From a virus (Duplodnaviria > Caudoviricetes): a DNA stretch of 64,000 nucleotides. The translations under genes were made by a program, and so were the position numbers. Of this stretch, positions 42,740 to 51,845 are shown in pieces (positions within the stretch are counted from its first letter, which is position 1; each line of letters opens with the position of its first letter). The stretch is from the IMG/VR virus record IMGVR_UViG_3300010362_000012, positions 20,425 to 84,424 of that record. One strand, 5' to 3'. The notes below the pieces were generated by a model, which worked only from the letters and a program-made list of their open reading frames with translations, ran no database searches and was not told the origin of the DNA.

Positions 42740-44185
42740 ATGGGCCGGTACTCCGATCTTGTTGCGGCCGATGGAGCTGTCGCTTACTGGCGGTTAGGGG
42801 AACTGTCTGGGACGACAGCGGCTGACAGCATCGGCAGTCGCAACGGCACGATTGCGGCCGGCGTGACGCTGAATCAAGTCGGTGCCATCGAGGATGGCAA
42901 TAAAGCGATGGCGTTTGACGGGGCCACGGGGCATTACGTCAACGTGCCAGGGATGCTGAGTTATCCGATCCCGGCGGCGATAGGGTTCTCCATCGAGTGT
43001 TGGATCAAAACGACGGACTCAGCGGCTGGCGGTGGGCAATTTTTCGTTGACACCAAAACCGCCGGATCCGCCAATGCGGGGTTCGCGTTGTCTCTGGACG
43101 CTACCCATCGAATTACGTTCCGGCTCTCAAATGGCGTCACGTCAGGCAGCATCACGGGCAATGTGAACACCCTGAACAATGGCGCGTGGCGGCACGTCAT
43201 CGGCGTGATGGAACGTCTCTATGACGGCGTGCATGATCGCGTGCGCGTGTTCGTCGATGGCGTCCTCGACAATCAAAGCGATGTCGGGACGGCGGGTTTG
43301 GATTGCACGCCATCTACGGCGCTCGCGATCGGATCGTACTCCGCTGGCGGCGCATCCCCGAATAATTTTATCGGGAGCGTCGATGATGTCGCGTTTTATC
43401 CGGTCGCACTGACGGCGACGCAAGTGTCCGCCCACGCGGCGGCTGGGCCTCCAATCGGCTACACCAAGCAAGTGATCGCCGACGGCGCGAGTGCCTATTG
43501 GCGGCTGCAAGAAACCAGTGGGACGAGTGCCGTGGATTCGATCGCCGGCGCGAACGGCACGATCAGCGGCGGCGTCACGCTCAACGTGCCGGGGCCGTAT
43601 GCGGGTTCAGTCGCGTATCGCTTCAACGGATCGACGGGACGTGTGACGGTGGCGACCGGGACGTACCAAACATTCGGGACGGGGCCGGTGACGCTGGAAT
43701 GCTGGGTGCGGTATCTGGGCGGCGGGAATCAGGATGTCGTGGACATGAAGGGGGCGGGATCATCGGTCGCTGGCATCCGCATTGTGACGGACACCTCGCC
43801 AGGACTGTATGGTCAGGTGTCAGATGGCACGACGCTTTGGGCCAGTGCGGTCGGTGTGCCAACACTCTTTACCGACCTCCGCTGGCGCCATCTTGTCGCG
43901 GTGGTCTCGCGCACGGCGAACACGATCACGCTCTACAGCAACGGCGTGGCGATTGGTCCGGTGACGGCTATCACGGCGGGGGTCAATATCGGCACCACGG
44001 CGGCGACCGAACTGGGCGGCTATGCGGGCACGATTGTGCTGAACGGTGACCTCGCCGAAGTGGCTGTCTACAAGGCCGCGCTGACGCCGGCGCAGATCGC
44101 CAATCACTACAACCTCGGCACCGGAGGCCAAGGTGGCACACCGGCCGAACTCCGCACACGCTATCGGTGGCGCGATGCCGCCTGA
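42740..44185 (+). CDS. Tandem LamG/concanavalin A-like domain virion protein
   Basis: Two repeats AYWRL.E.SGT.A.DS...WRH(V/L)...G..DDVA.Y..ALT..Q...H. Confidence 0.88.
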   Translation: MGRYSDLVAADGAVAYWRLGELSGTTAADSIGSRNGTIAAGVTLNQVGAIEDGNKAMAFDGATGHYVNVPGMLSYPIPAAIGFSIECWIKTTDSAAGGGQFFVDTKTAGSANAGFALSLDATHRITFRLSNGVTSGSITGNVNTLNNGAWRHVIGVMERLYDGVHDRVRVFVDGVLDNQSDVGTAGLDCTPSTALAIGSYSAGGASPNNFIGSVDDVAFYPVALTATQVSAHAAAGPPIGYTKQVIADGASAYWRLQETSGTSAVDSIAGANGTISGGVTLNVPGPYAGSVAYRFNGSTGRVTVATGTYQTFGTGPVTLECWVRYLGGGNQDVVDMKGAGSSVAGIRIVTDTSPGLYGQVSDGTTLWASAVGVPTLFTDLRWRHLVAVVSRTANTITLYSNGVAIGPVTAITAGVNIGTTAATELGGYAGTIVLNGDLAEVAVYKAALTPAQIANHYNLGTGGQGGTPAELRTRYRWRDAA

Positions 44186-44197
44186 AGGAGTCATCGC

Positions 44198-44515
44198 GTG
44201 AAAGACTACACGTTGACGCTGAACGGGAGTGCTCAGCAGCTTTCGACCGTGCTGTCGAACGCCGCGCGCGATGACATCCCGTGGCAGCAGTTGCATATCC
44301 AACCGGACGCGGCGAATGCCAATCCGGTGTACGTGGGCACGGCCTCGACCGTCTCGTCCTCGTCGCACGGCGTGCGGTTGCCCGCCGCGTCGGGTGGCGT
44401 GCCGCCCGCGCCCTACATCTTCGAAGCCGTCGGTCAGGGGCAGCTCCGGCTGTCCGCGCTCTACGTCCTCGGCACGAATGCCGAGAAGTTACACATTCTC
44501 GGGGTCGAGCAATGA
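44198..44515 (+). CDS. Hypothetical structural protein
   Basis: AAGGAG RBS; NANPVYVG motif. Confidence 0.6.
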   Translation: MKDYTLTLNGSAQQLSTVLSNAARDDIPWQQLHIQPDAANANPVYVGTASTVSSSSHGVRLPAASGGVPPAPYIFEAVGQGQLRLSALYVLGTNAEKLHILGVEQ

Positions 44516-44868
44516 GCACGACCTGTGCGCGCACGACGACGTTCACCTACACCGGCGATCTCACGCTCACGCAGACCGTGGAGGCGCTGCAGAACCTCGC
44601 CAGTCCCGGCATGATCCAGTTGATCAATCTCGAGGTCGGCGCCAACACGATCGACATACCGGAAACCGGCGTGGCGACGGCCGTCGCCGTCACGATCGTC
44701 CCACCGGCCGGCAACACGAACGCGATCCTCCTCAAAGCGTTGCCGGGGGACACCGGCCTCCGGCTGCACGACACTGATCCGACGACGATCGCGCTCGACC
44801 CTTCGGTGACGAGCTTCGTGCTCGAGATCACCACCGCGATTCTCGGCGTGCGCCTGTTCTGGAGCTAA
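44512..44868 (+). CDS. Hypothetical structural protein
   Basis: ATGA coupling; Thr-rich beta protein. Confidence 0.6.
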   Translation: MSTTCARTTTFTYTGDLTLTQTVEALQNLASPGMIQLINLEVGANTIDIPETGVATAVAVTIVPPAGNTNAILLKALPGDTGLRLHDTDPTTIALDPSVTSFVLEITTAILGVRLFWS

Positions 44869-44874
44869 TGCATT

Positions 44875-45648
44875 GTGCCCACGCGACTGGGAGCAATCGT
44901 CGCCCGAACGCGGACGCAGATTCTCGCGCCGCTCGTCCAATCCGGCGCGATCTCTCCTGATCAATTCTGGGACGACGCGGAGCTGCTCGCCCATACGATC
45001 GCGGGCTGCAAGGATTTCTGGCGCGCGCTCGTCGATCTCCATCAGGACCACTTCGTCAGCATCAACACGACAGTCGTACTGCCCGCTGCTGCCGATGCAT
45101 TCGTAGGGGTTCCCTCCGATCTGTTCCGCATCCTGCTTCTCACGCCGCGCGACGCGAGTGACTACAACCGGCCGATCAGGTTCCAGCGGGCCAGTCTGAC
45201 GTCGCTCGATTTCACCAGCGCGCTCGAGCGGGCGTCGATCGATGTCAGCACGGGGGGCATCGTCTACGTGGCCTTGGTGAACGCCGGGTCGCCCGTGATG
45301 ATGCCGGCGATCTACAACGCGCCGCGGGTCGGCAGCAACATTCCGTGTCGCCTCGTCTACGTGCCGACGCTGCCGGTGCTGACCGCCGACAGCTTCAATC
45401 CGATTCCGGGGGAATCCGATCACGCGCTCATGGCGTGGACGGCGGCGTACGCGCTCGGCAAGCAGGCGGACGACGGCAGCTTCGCGCCTGACACGACCTG
45501 GCTGCAGGTCTACAGCACCGAAAAAGAGAGCATCAAAGTCGTGGCCGAACCGCGCGATGCTTCCTCGCCGTCAATCGTGCGCGGGGTGTTCGATGACACC
45601 TACGGTCCTGGCCTATCGGGATGGGGCGGCGATTGGGACTGGTGGTAA
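44875..45648 (+). CDS. Head-tail adaptor-like protein
   Basis: FWDDAEL...D.W.AL; NPIPGESDHALMAW.AAYAL; podovirus neck position. Confidence 0.55.
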   Translation: MPTRLGAIVARTRTQILAPLVQSGAISPDQFWDDAELLAHTIAGCKDFWRALVDLHQDHFVSINTTVVLPAAADAFVGVPSDLFRILLLTPRDASDYNRPIRFQRASLTSLDFTSALERASIDVSTGGIVYVALVNAGSPVMMPAIYNAPRVGSNIPCRLVYVPTLPVLTADSFNPIPGESDHALMAWTAAYALGKQADDGSFAPDTTWLQVYSTEKESIKVVAEPRDASSPSIVRGVFDDTYGPGLSGWGGDWDWW

Positions 45649-45651
45649 CGC

Positions 45652-45921
45652 GTGCCCCCGCGCAAGATCTACGGCCTCGGCAGTCTGGGCGTCAACACCG
45701 ACAGCGACGAATTCGCGCTCGATGATCGGGAGCTGCGGAAAGCGCAGAACGCGATTACCGATCAGATCAGCGGCGAAGGCTTGATCAATCGCCCTGGTTA
45801 TGGGGCGGTCAATACGGTCGCGGCCCCAGGGACGATCCTCGGCGGCGTCGGCGTGCCGCTCGCGGACCTCTCGAGCGGGACCGCACACTTCTTCTGGATC
45901 GGCCGCGGGCCGACGTCCTGA
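45652..45921 (+). CDS. Hypothetical protein resembling the N-terminal segment of nozzle proteins
   Basis: GVNTDSDEFALDDRELRKAQN...GL..RPG. Confidence 0.5.
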   Translation: MPPRKIYGLGSLGVNTDSDEFALDDRELRKAQNAITDQISGEGLINRPGYGAVNTVAAPGTILGGVGVPLADLSSGTAHFFWIGRGPTS

Positions 45922-47582
45922 TGGCGACGTATACGCTCTTGTCGTTGCCGTGGGCGGGTGCCCCCGGATTCTACGTGATGACACTCGCCGCCGTGAATAC
46001 CCCCAATAACAGCGATCCCGATACCGGCTCGATTTCCACCCTGGTCGCCAGCAATCCTGATGGAGGTGTCGGGCTTCGTCAGATCGGTGAAGGCTCCACA
46101 ATTCTGCAATCGGTCACGCCCGGTTCGAACCCTGGTGGCTACGTCCCCAGCATCACGTTTTATCTGCAGGACGATGGCAGCATTCCGATTGACGCCGTGA
46201 TCAGCAGTGTCACGGTGCGTGTGCGGGTCAAGGCATTGGCTGGCGCCAATCTCGACTTCTTGGGTCCGCATCAACCGTTCCAGCTCTATTCACATGGGAG
46301 CATCTCGCTTGGGGGTACGAACGTCGCGGCCTCGGCCGCGAGTGCCATCGATTCGACGTATTCCTACATCGAGACAGATCCGCTCACCGTGAATCCGGCC
46401 ACGGGGACAGCGTGGCTCCGCGCGGATTTGTTCAGCGACGGCAATGTCGATGAGCACGGCAATGGCGCGTGGATTTTGTATATTCTGCCGACCAACTTCA
46501 ACAACAGCGTCGAGTTCGATTATGCGGCGCTTGAAGTTATCGCTGGCGGCGTGCCGATGCAGTGGTGCTTCAACCCGACATCCAACCACTACGTCTTCGC
46601 CGCGGAGTGTCCTGGCCCGCCGTTCATCTCCGGCGTGGCGCCACCGACGATCAGCGTCACGGGCGTTGAACCGCGCTCGAGTCGTGGCGAAACCGGCACG
46701 ATGATGGTGCGTGCGATCCCACGGCGGTCCATGCAGCTCCTGAAGGCGCCACCGCCGCCAGCCAGCGCGCCGCGTGCGATGCCGGTGCGGCAACCGCGAT
46801 CCGCACCACGATCATCCACGCACGCGCTGAAGACGAAAGCCTTCGCGACGGCGCCGACGTTCCAAGGCACGCCGCTCAGTACCTACGGCTCCTACAGCGA
46901 CGGCGGCGGCCCGCAATCGAACAATGACCCGACCGTCGTGCTGCCGGCGCTACCCGATGGCGGCACCTGTTTGCATGACCTGAGCGATGGCAAGGATGTC
47001 ACGAAGACCTACACCTCGGCCGGCTTCGGATCGTTCATGCGGATGGCGGTGTATTTCGAGGATGACGGGCTGATTCCGCTCGACGCCGTCATCAACTCGG
47101 TGCAGTTCGTCGCGAATGTGAAGGGCACGAATGGACACCCGATCAAGCAACTCTTTCTCTCCGGGGGGTTCTTTTCCAACGATTCTGGGCCAGGTTCCGG
47201 CACGACGGCGTTCGATACCCACACGCCACAATCCTCCTCGTATGCACTCGTCTCGGGCTTGCTCCTGACCGAGAACGCGGTCACCCATGCCCCATGGCAG
47301 CGGGCCGAACTGTTCACCGATAACGATGCCGGTGGACATGGGAATGGGGGGCTGTCGTTCTTCTGCGGCGAAGACGTCTTCGGCTCGACCATCGGCGACA
47401 GCTACGGGATTGACTACATCGCGCTGATTATCGATTACACGGCCATCCTGCCTGGCATGTGGTGCTACAACCCCTACTCGAATCGGTACCGCTACGCGGC
47501 TGAGTGTCCAGGCCCGCCGTGGATCTCCGATGTCGAGCCTCCGACGATCGCCGTGACCGGCGTGAGTCCACGGTCAGGCTGA
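45921..47582 (+). CDS. Virion protein with duplicated domain; ends in the first strand of an IPT domain
   Basis: DDG.IP.DAVI.SV / W.RA.LF.D...HGNG / WC.NP.SN.Y..AAECPGPP each occur twice. Confidence 0.75.
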   Translation: MATYTLLSLPWAGAPGFYVMTLAAVNTPNNSDPDTGSISTLVASNPDGGVGLRQIGEGSTILQSVTPGSNPGGYVPSITFYLQDDGSIPIDAVISSVTVRVRVKALAGANLDFLGPHQPFQLYSHGSISLGGTNVAASAASAIDSTYSYIETDPLTVNPATGTAWLRADLFSDGNVDEHGNGAWILYILPTNFNNSVEFDYAALEVIAGGVPMQWCFNPTSNHYVFAAECPGPPFISGVAPPTISVTGVEPRSSRGETGTMMVRAIPRRSMQLLKAPPPPASAPRAMPVRQPRSAPRSSTHALKTKAFATAPTFQGTPLSTYGSYSDGGGPQSNNDPTVVLPALPDGGTCLHDLSDGKDVTKTYTSAGFGSFMRMAVYFEDDGLIPLDAVINSVQFVANVKGTNGHPIKQLFLSGGFFSNDSGPGSGTTAFDTHTPQSSSYALVSGLLLTENAVTHAPWQRAELFTDNDAGGHGNGGLSFFCGEDVFGSTIGDSYGIDYIALIIDYTAILPGMWCYNPYSNRYRYAAECPGPPWISDVEPPTIAVTGVSPRSG

Positions 47583-49918
47583 TGGATCCGATCACCATCA
47601 CCGGCAGCGGCTTCGGCGACGGCGCGACCGTCACCTTCGACGGCGTCGCCGCGACGGCTGTCGTCGTCCACGATCAGACGCGCATCACCTGTGTGCCGCC
47701 CGATCATCCGGACGGCTTCGCCGATGTCGTGGTCACGAATCTCGATGGCACCAGTGGCGAGCTGGACGACACGTTCGTCTACACGACGCTGTCGATCACG
47801 CCAGAAGAAGGGCCGATCGACGGTGGCACGACGCTGACGATCTCGATCAGCGATGGCGGCGCCGGCATCGAATGGTTCCCGGCGGGGCATCTCTACAACG
47901 TCTACGTCGATAACGTGCTGCGGTCCTTGGGCAATGACCTCACCGATCCGGATCTGATTCACGCGGGCGGCCCCGGCAACCTCCCATATACCTGGGTCAG
48001 CATCTCGGAACTCACCTGCGTCACCAACCCGCAGACGTGCGGCCCGACTGATGTCACCGTCCTCGACGGCAACAAGGTGCTCACCAGTGAACCGAACGTC
48101 GCGTTCTATCTGCAGGAGGCCTATACCTATCAGTTGCCGGCGCCGACGCTGACCGACATCGCACCGACCAGCGGCGCCGCCCGCGGCGGCACCCACGTCG
48201 TCCTCACCGGCAGCTTCTCCTGCGTGACGTGCGAGGGCGGCGGGACGGTGCATGTCGAATTCGGTGGCGTGCCGTTGACGTCGGTCGGCTGCAGCTCCGA
48301 CACGATCACGGGCATTACCGGCCTGCACCCGGCCGGTATTGTGGATGTCGTCGTCACGAATCCTGATGGACAGACCGTCGAACTGCTCGGCGCCTACACC
48401 TATGTCGATGCGCCGACCGTGACGGCCATCGATCCGGACCACGGTCCCGATGGCGGCGGGACGGACGTCACGATCACTGGCACCGGGTTTCTGACGGGTG
48501 CCAGCGTGTTCCTGACCGGCACCGTCACGACGCCCGCTGACGACACGACCACACCCCCGACGCCGCCGAACACGTTCGTCGCCCTCGCGGATGCCTTCGA
48601 TGTCATCGTCGTGGACGACACCACGATCACCGCGACGACCGGTGGAACGGTAGCGGGCGTGTACGACGTCGTCGTCACGAATCCCGACGGCCAGCGCGGC
48701 ACGCTCGAGCACGGCTATAGCTATGACGGCTGGTGGGACGACCTCGACATTCCCTATGGGTGGTTCTATGGTCCTGAACCACCAGACGATATTCCGGGCC
48801 GACCACCGCGCCGCTGGCGGCGCGAGCCGCTGCTGGTGCCAGGACCGAATGGCTGGTGGATGTCCACCGCGGAGTATGGCGGGGCCGTCGAGGTCATCGT
48901 GGATAGCCGTCCGAAGAATCCGCGGACATGGGCGCAGGTGGCGATCTTCGCGACGGGCTCGACCGCGATGCTCGGTGGCTCGCCGGGGATCGCCACCGTC
49001 TACCGCAACCGGATGGTGTACGCCGCGAGTGATTACACCGTCGGCACGAGCTATCCGCCGCTTCGCATCTACGACGGCAGTTTCGATCGGGAACTGTGTC
49101 GGCTGCCGCCGACGACCACGAGCGCGGTCCCCACGGCGGTCCTGTCGATGCTCGTCGCGAATGGGACGGTGTACGTCTCGACGCTTGACGCCGGCAGCTC
49201 CTCGGCCGATTGGATCGGGCGCGTGTTTGCGCTCGACGTCAACACCGCTACGCTGACCCAGATCGGCGCGACATTCCCGACCGGGCATCTCCCGTATGCG
49301 TTGTGCTGGCACAACGGGATGCTCTGGTGCGGTACGCATCGGCAGGCGACCGATGTCGCCGGCAAAATCTTTCGCATCCGACCGGACCTCGCGGATCCCG
49401 CGTGGACGGAGGACGCGACACTCGCCGTGGGGTTCAATGTCGCCGCGCTCTGTTCGTGGCACGGCATCCTCTACGCGGGGACGACGGCGCCCGCTGGTAC
49501 GTTCGCCCAGATTCGCGCGCGTGCGACGGACGGGACGTGGAGCGTCGTGGACACCGGCAGCGGCGGCACCGCCACGGCGAACAACGGGTTCCTGGCGTTC
49601 AGTCCGTTCGGCCCCGCGCTCTTTGCGAGCTACTGGAATGCCGATTCGCCGGCCATCGCGCGCGTGCGCGTCACCAGGGACGGCACCGCATGGAGCACCA
49701 GCTACGGTGGTGCGGCCGGCACGCTGCGCCCCTTCATCGTGCTCACCGTCGATAAGGACCAATTATTCGCGGTCGGCGGGGGCGCGCATTTGACCGCCGC
49801 GATTGTCCGTTGTGTGCTCACGCCCGACGGCGCCGGCGAATTGTGGAACGATCTGACGATCGAATTGCCCGATACGGACAAGACCGCGCTGCCGGCGGTC
49901 GCCACGCTGGTGCTCTGA
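47582..49918 (+). CDS. IPT/TIG-repeat protein with C-terminal beta-propeller
   Basis: About four IPT repeats (e.g. PTVTAIDPDHGPDGGGTDVTITGTGF); propeller-like blades ALCWHNGMLWCG, ALCSWHGILYAG. Confidence 0.8.
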   Translation: MDPITITGSGFGDGATVTFDGVAATAVVVHDQTRITCVPPDHPDGFADVVVTNLDGTSGELDDTFVYTTLSITPEEGPIDGGTTLTISISDGGAGIEWFPAGHLYNVYVDNVLRSLGNDLTDPDLIHAGGPGNLPYTWVSISELTCVTNPQTCGPTDVTVLDGNKVLTSEPNVAFYLQEAYTYQLPAPTLTDIAPTSGAARGGTHVVLTGSFSCVTCEGGGTVHVEFGGVPLTSVGCSSDTITGITGLHPAGIVDVVVTNPDGQTVELLGAYTYVDAPTVTAIDPDHGPDGGGTDVTITGTGFLTGASVFLTGTVTTPADDTTTPPTPPNTFVALADAFDVIVVDDTTITATTGGTVAGVYDVVVTNPDGQRGTLEHGYSYDGWWDDLDIPYGWFYGPEPPDDIPGRPPRRWRREPLLVPGPNGWWMSTAEYGGAVEVIVDSRPKNPRTWAQVAIFATGSTAMLGGSPGIATVYRNRMVYAASDYTVGTSYPPLRIYDGSFDRELCRLPPTTTSAVPTAVLSMLVANGTVYVSTLDAGSSSADWIGRVFALDVNTATLTQIGATFPTGHLPYALCWHNGMLWCGTHRQATDVAGKIFRIRPDLADPAWTEDATLAVGFNVAALCSWHGILYAGTTAPAGTFAQIRARATDGTWSVVDTGSGGTATANNGFLAFSPFGPALFASYWNADSPAIARVRVTRDGTAWSTSYGGAAGTLRPFIVLTVDKDQLFAVGGGAHLTAAIVRCVLTPDGAGELWNDLTIELPDTDKTALPAVATLVL

Positions 49919-49920
49919 GT

Positions 49921-51546
49921 ATGGCATTCGCTGTCATTCAAGCAGGCGATACCCTGCAGTTAGTTTCGACCGACGGCACGCTGACGCCGCTGACGCTGCC
50001 GAGCGGCATCGAGCTGCGGACGGACGTGCCGCCGCGCTGGGCCGTCTATGGGCGCTACGTCATTTTGGTCAACACGCCGAGCTTCCCGCTCACGATCGAC
50101 GGCCATGGCACCGTGCGGCCGGTGACGCCTCGCGCGCCGCGGCTCGCGGCTGTGCTGAGCGGCGTCGCCGGCGGGACGCTCAGTGGCACGTACCGCGTGC
50201 GCTACACCTTCGTCATGCTCGACGACATCGGCAACATCATCAGCGAAAGCGACTACAGCCCGATCGGCAATGCCGTCACGATCAGCTCGCAGATGCTGAA
50301 AGCGTCGAACCTCGAGATATCACCAGACCCGATTGACGCCCGCCGCTGCTACCGGACGACGACCAACGGCGCGGTCTATTTCCAGTGGGTGGATCTCAAC
50401 GGCAACGTCCTGACGACGGTGCAGGACGACCTGGCCGATGCGGGCCTCGGCGAAACCGCCGGGCCGACGCTCGGCACGCCGCCGCGGCTGACGTTGATCG
50501 CGGAGTTTCGCGATCGCCTCTTCGGTGTCGGCGACATCGACATCGACAACGTCGTCTACACCGAGACGGGCCTCATGTATGCCTGGTCCCCGCTGAACAC
50601 GATCGTCGTGCCGCGCGTTGGCTCCGACACGTTCGGCGTCACGGGCCTCATCAGTCGCCGTGAGGCGCTCGGCGTCGGCCGCCTGAATCGCCTCAACCAG
50701 ATCGTCGGCACGGGCGAGGAGAACACCAGCGGGCAAACGGATCTGCGGCTGATCAAGCTGTCCGACGAAACCGGTTTCCTCGGCCAGGAGTCGGTCATCG
50801 TCTATCGCGACGTCGTCTATTTCCTCTGGTTCGACGGCGTCTACGAATGGAGCGACAACGGCATCGTGTGTCTCTCCGACGGCCACGGCGGCCAAGGACG
50901 CGTGCGGTCCTGGTTCACGACGGATGACTTTTTCGATCGCAGCGCCTTTCCGGTCGCGTTCGCCCAGATCGATCCGAATCGCAACGTCTATCAGTTGTTT
51001 CTGAAGGATCCGGCCGGCGTACGGCACTACGTCGAGTTCGATTTGATCAACAGGGTCTGGTATGGCCCGCATCGGATCGACGCGTTCACGGCGACGAGCG
51101 CGTTCACGCGGCTCAATGCTAGCAACGTCAAAGTGCCGACCGTCGGCGCGAGCGATGGCGGCGTCTATGCGCCAACGGCTCGAGCGGCGGATGTGTCGCT
51201 CGCGGGACAGGCGTACGGGATCGCCTACGACGTGGACACGCCGGCGTTTGCGGGCTCATCACCGGATCGCCTGCAGTACTGGGGCGAACTATCGGTGCTC
51301 GGCCGCTCGCAGCAGGCCGGCACGCTGATGATCACGCCGAGTCTGGGGTATCTCGATCAGGAGGGCGGCCTCGCGCTGACGCCGCAAACGCCCATCGCGC
51401 ACAACCTGCGGAAAGGCCGCGAGCGGTTGCGCCGCCTGGGGACGGGTGCGCTCGCGCAGTTGAACCTGCAGCACGACGGGATCGATGAGCCGGTGTCAGT
51501 GCTTGGGATCGAGATCGCGGATCAGCACGAAGTGGGGCGTCGATGA
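49921..51546 (+). CDS. Tail nozzle / P22 gp10-like stabilisation protein
   Basis: GTYRVRYTF...ES..SP; FRDRLFGVG...VVYTE..W; VVYFLWFDGVY.W. Confidence 0.7.
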   Translation: MAFAVIQAGDTLQLVSTDGTLTPLTLPSGIELRTDVPPRWAVYGRYVILVNTPSFPLTIDGHGTVRPVTPRAPRLAAVLSGVAGGTLSGTYRVRYTFVMLDDIGNIISESDYSPIGNAVTISSQMLKASNLEISPDPIDARRCYRTTTNGAVYFQWVDLNGNVLTTVQDDLADAGLGETAGPTLGTPPRLTLIAEFRDRLFGVGDIDIDNVVYTETGLMYAWSPLNTIVVPRVGSDTFGVTGLISRREALGVGRLNRLNQIVGTGEENTSGQTDLRLIKLSDETGFLGQESVIVYRDVVYFLWFDGVYEWSDNGIVCLSDGHGGQGRVRSWFTTDDFFDRSAFPVAFAQIDPNRNVYQLFLKDPAGVRHYVEFDLINRVWYGPHRIDAFTATSAFTRLNASNVKVPTVGASDGGVYAPTARAADVSLAGQAYGIAYDVDTPAFAGSSPDRLQYWGELSVLGRSQQAGTLMITPSLGYLDQEGGLALTPQTPIAHNLRKGRERLRRLGTGALAQLNLQHDGIDEPVSVLGIEIADQHEVGRR

Positions 51547-51842
51547 TCGCGCAGAAGTATCGCCTCAACTTCCTGCAGCAGACGGCGCTCAAGCCGGAAG
51601 TCAACCGCGCGCTCGGGACGCAATTCGCCAATGCGGATGAGATGTTCGAAACACTGTTCATCGAAGCGAACCGGGTGGCGGCGCTGCTCGCCGCGGGCAC
51701 GGGCGGTGGCGGCGGCGGCGGCGATGGCGGCGGAACCGAGACGGGCTATTGGTCGGTGCTGACGGATGGCGAACCCGTCGGCACGGAACTGATCTTCGCC
51801 GACGGGGACGTGATCATGACGTTCGTGCCGACGACGAGTTAG
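51543..51842 (+). CDS. Hypothetical tail protein
   Basis: ATGA coupling; Gly linker; C-terminal ELIFADGDVIM. Confidence 0.6.
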   Translation: MIAQKYRLNFLQQTALKPEVNRALGTQFANADEMFETLFIEANRVAALLAAGTGGGGGGGDGGGTETGYWSVLTDGEPVGTELIFADGDVIMTFVPTTS

Positions 51843-51845
51843 ACC

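Larger units (their letters stand above)
1..43576. repeat. Giant perfect inverted repeat (two 21,788-bp arms, axis 21788|21789, no spacer)
   Basis: Every ORF in 1-21788 has an identical opposite-strand partner whose coordinates sum to 43577. Bases 1-16 are the reverse complement of 43561-43576. No mismatch found in spot checks; full alignment not run. Confidence 0.99.

Noticed and set aside
1-43576. Two separate prophages or a gene-duplication event
   Set aside because: The arms appear identical and join with no spacer, so this is one sequence read twice; left-arm genes are not independent evidence.
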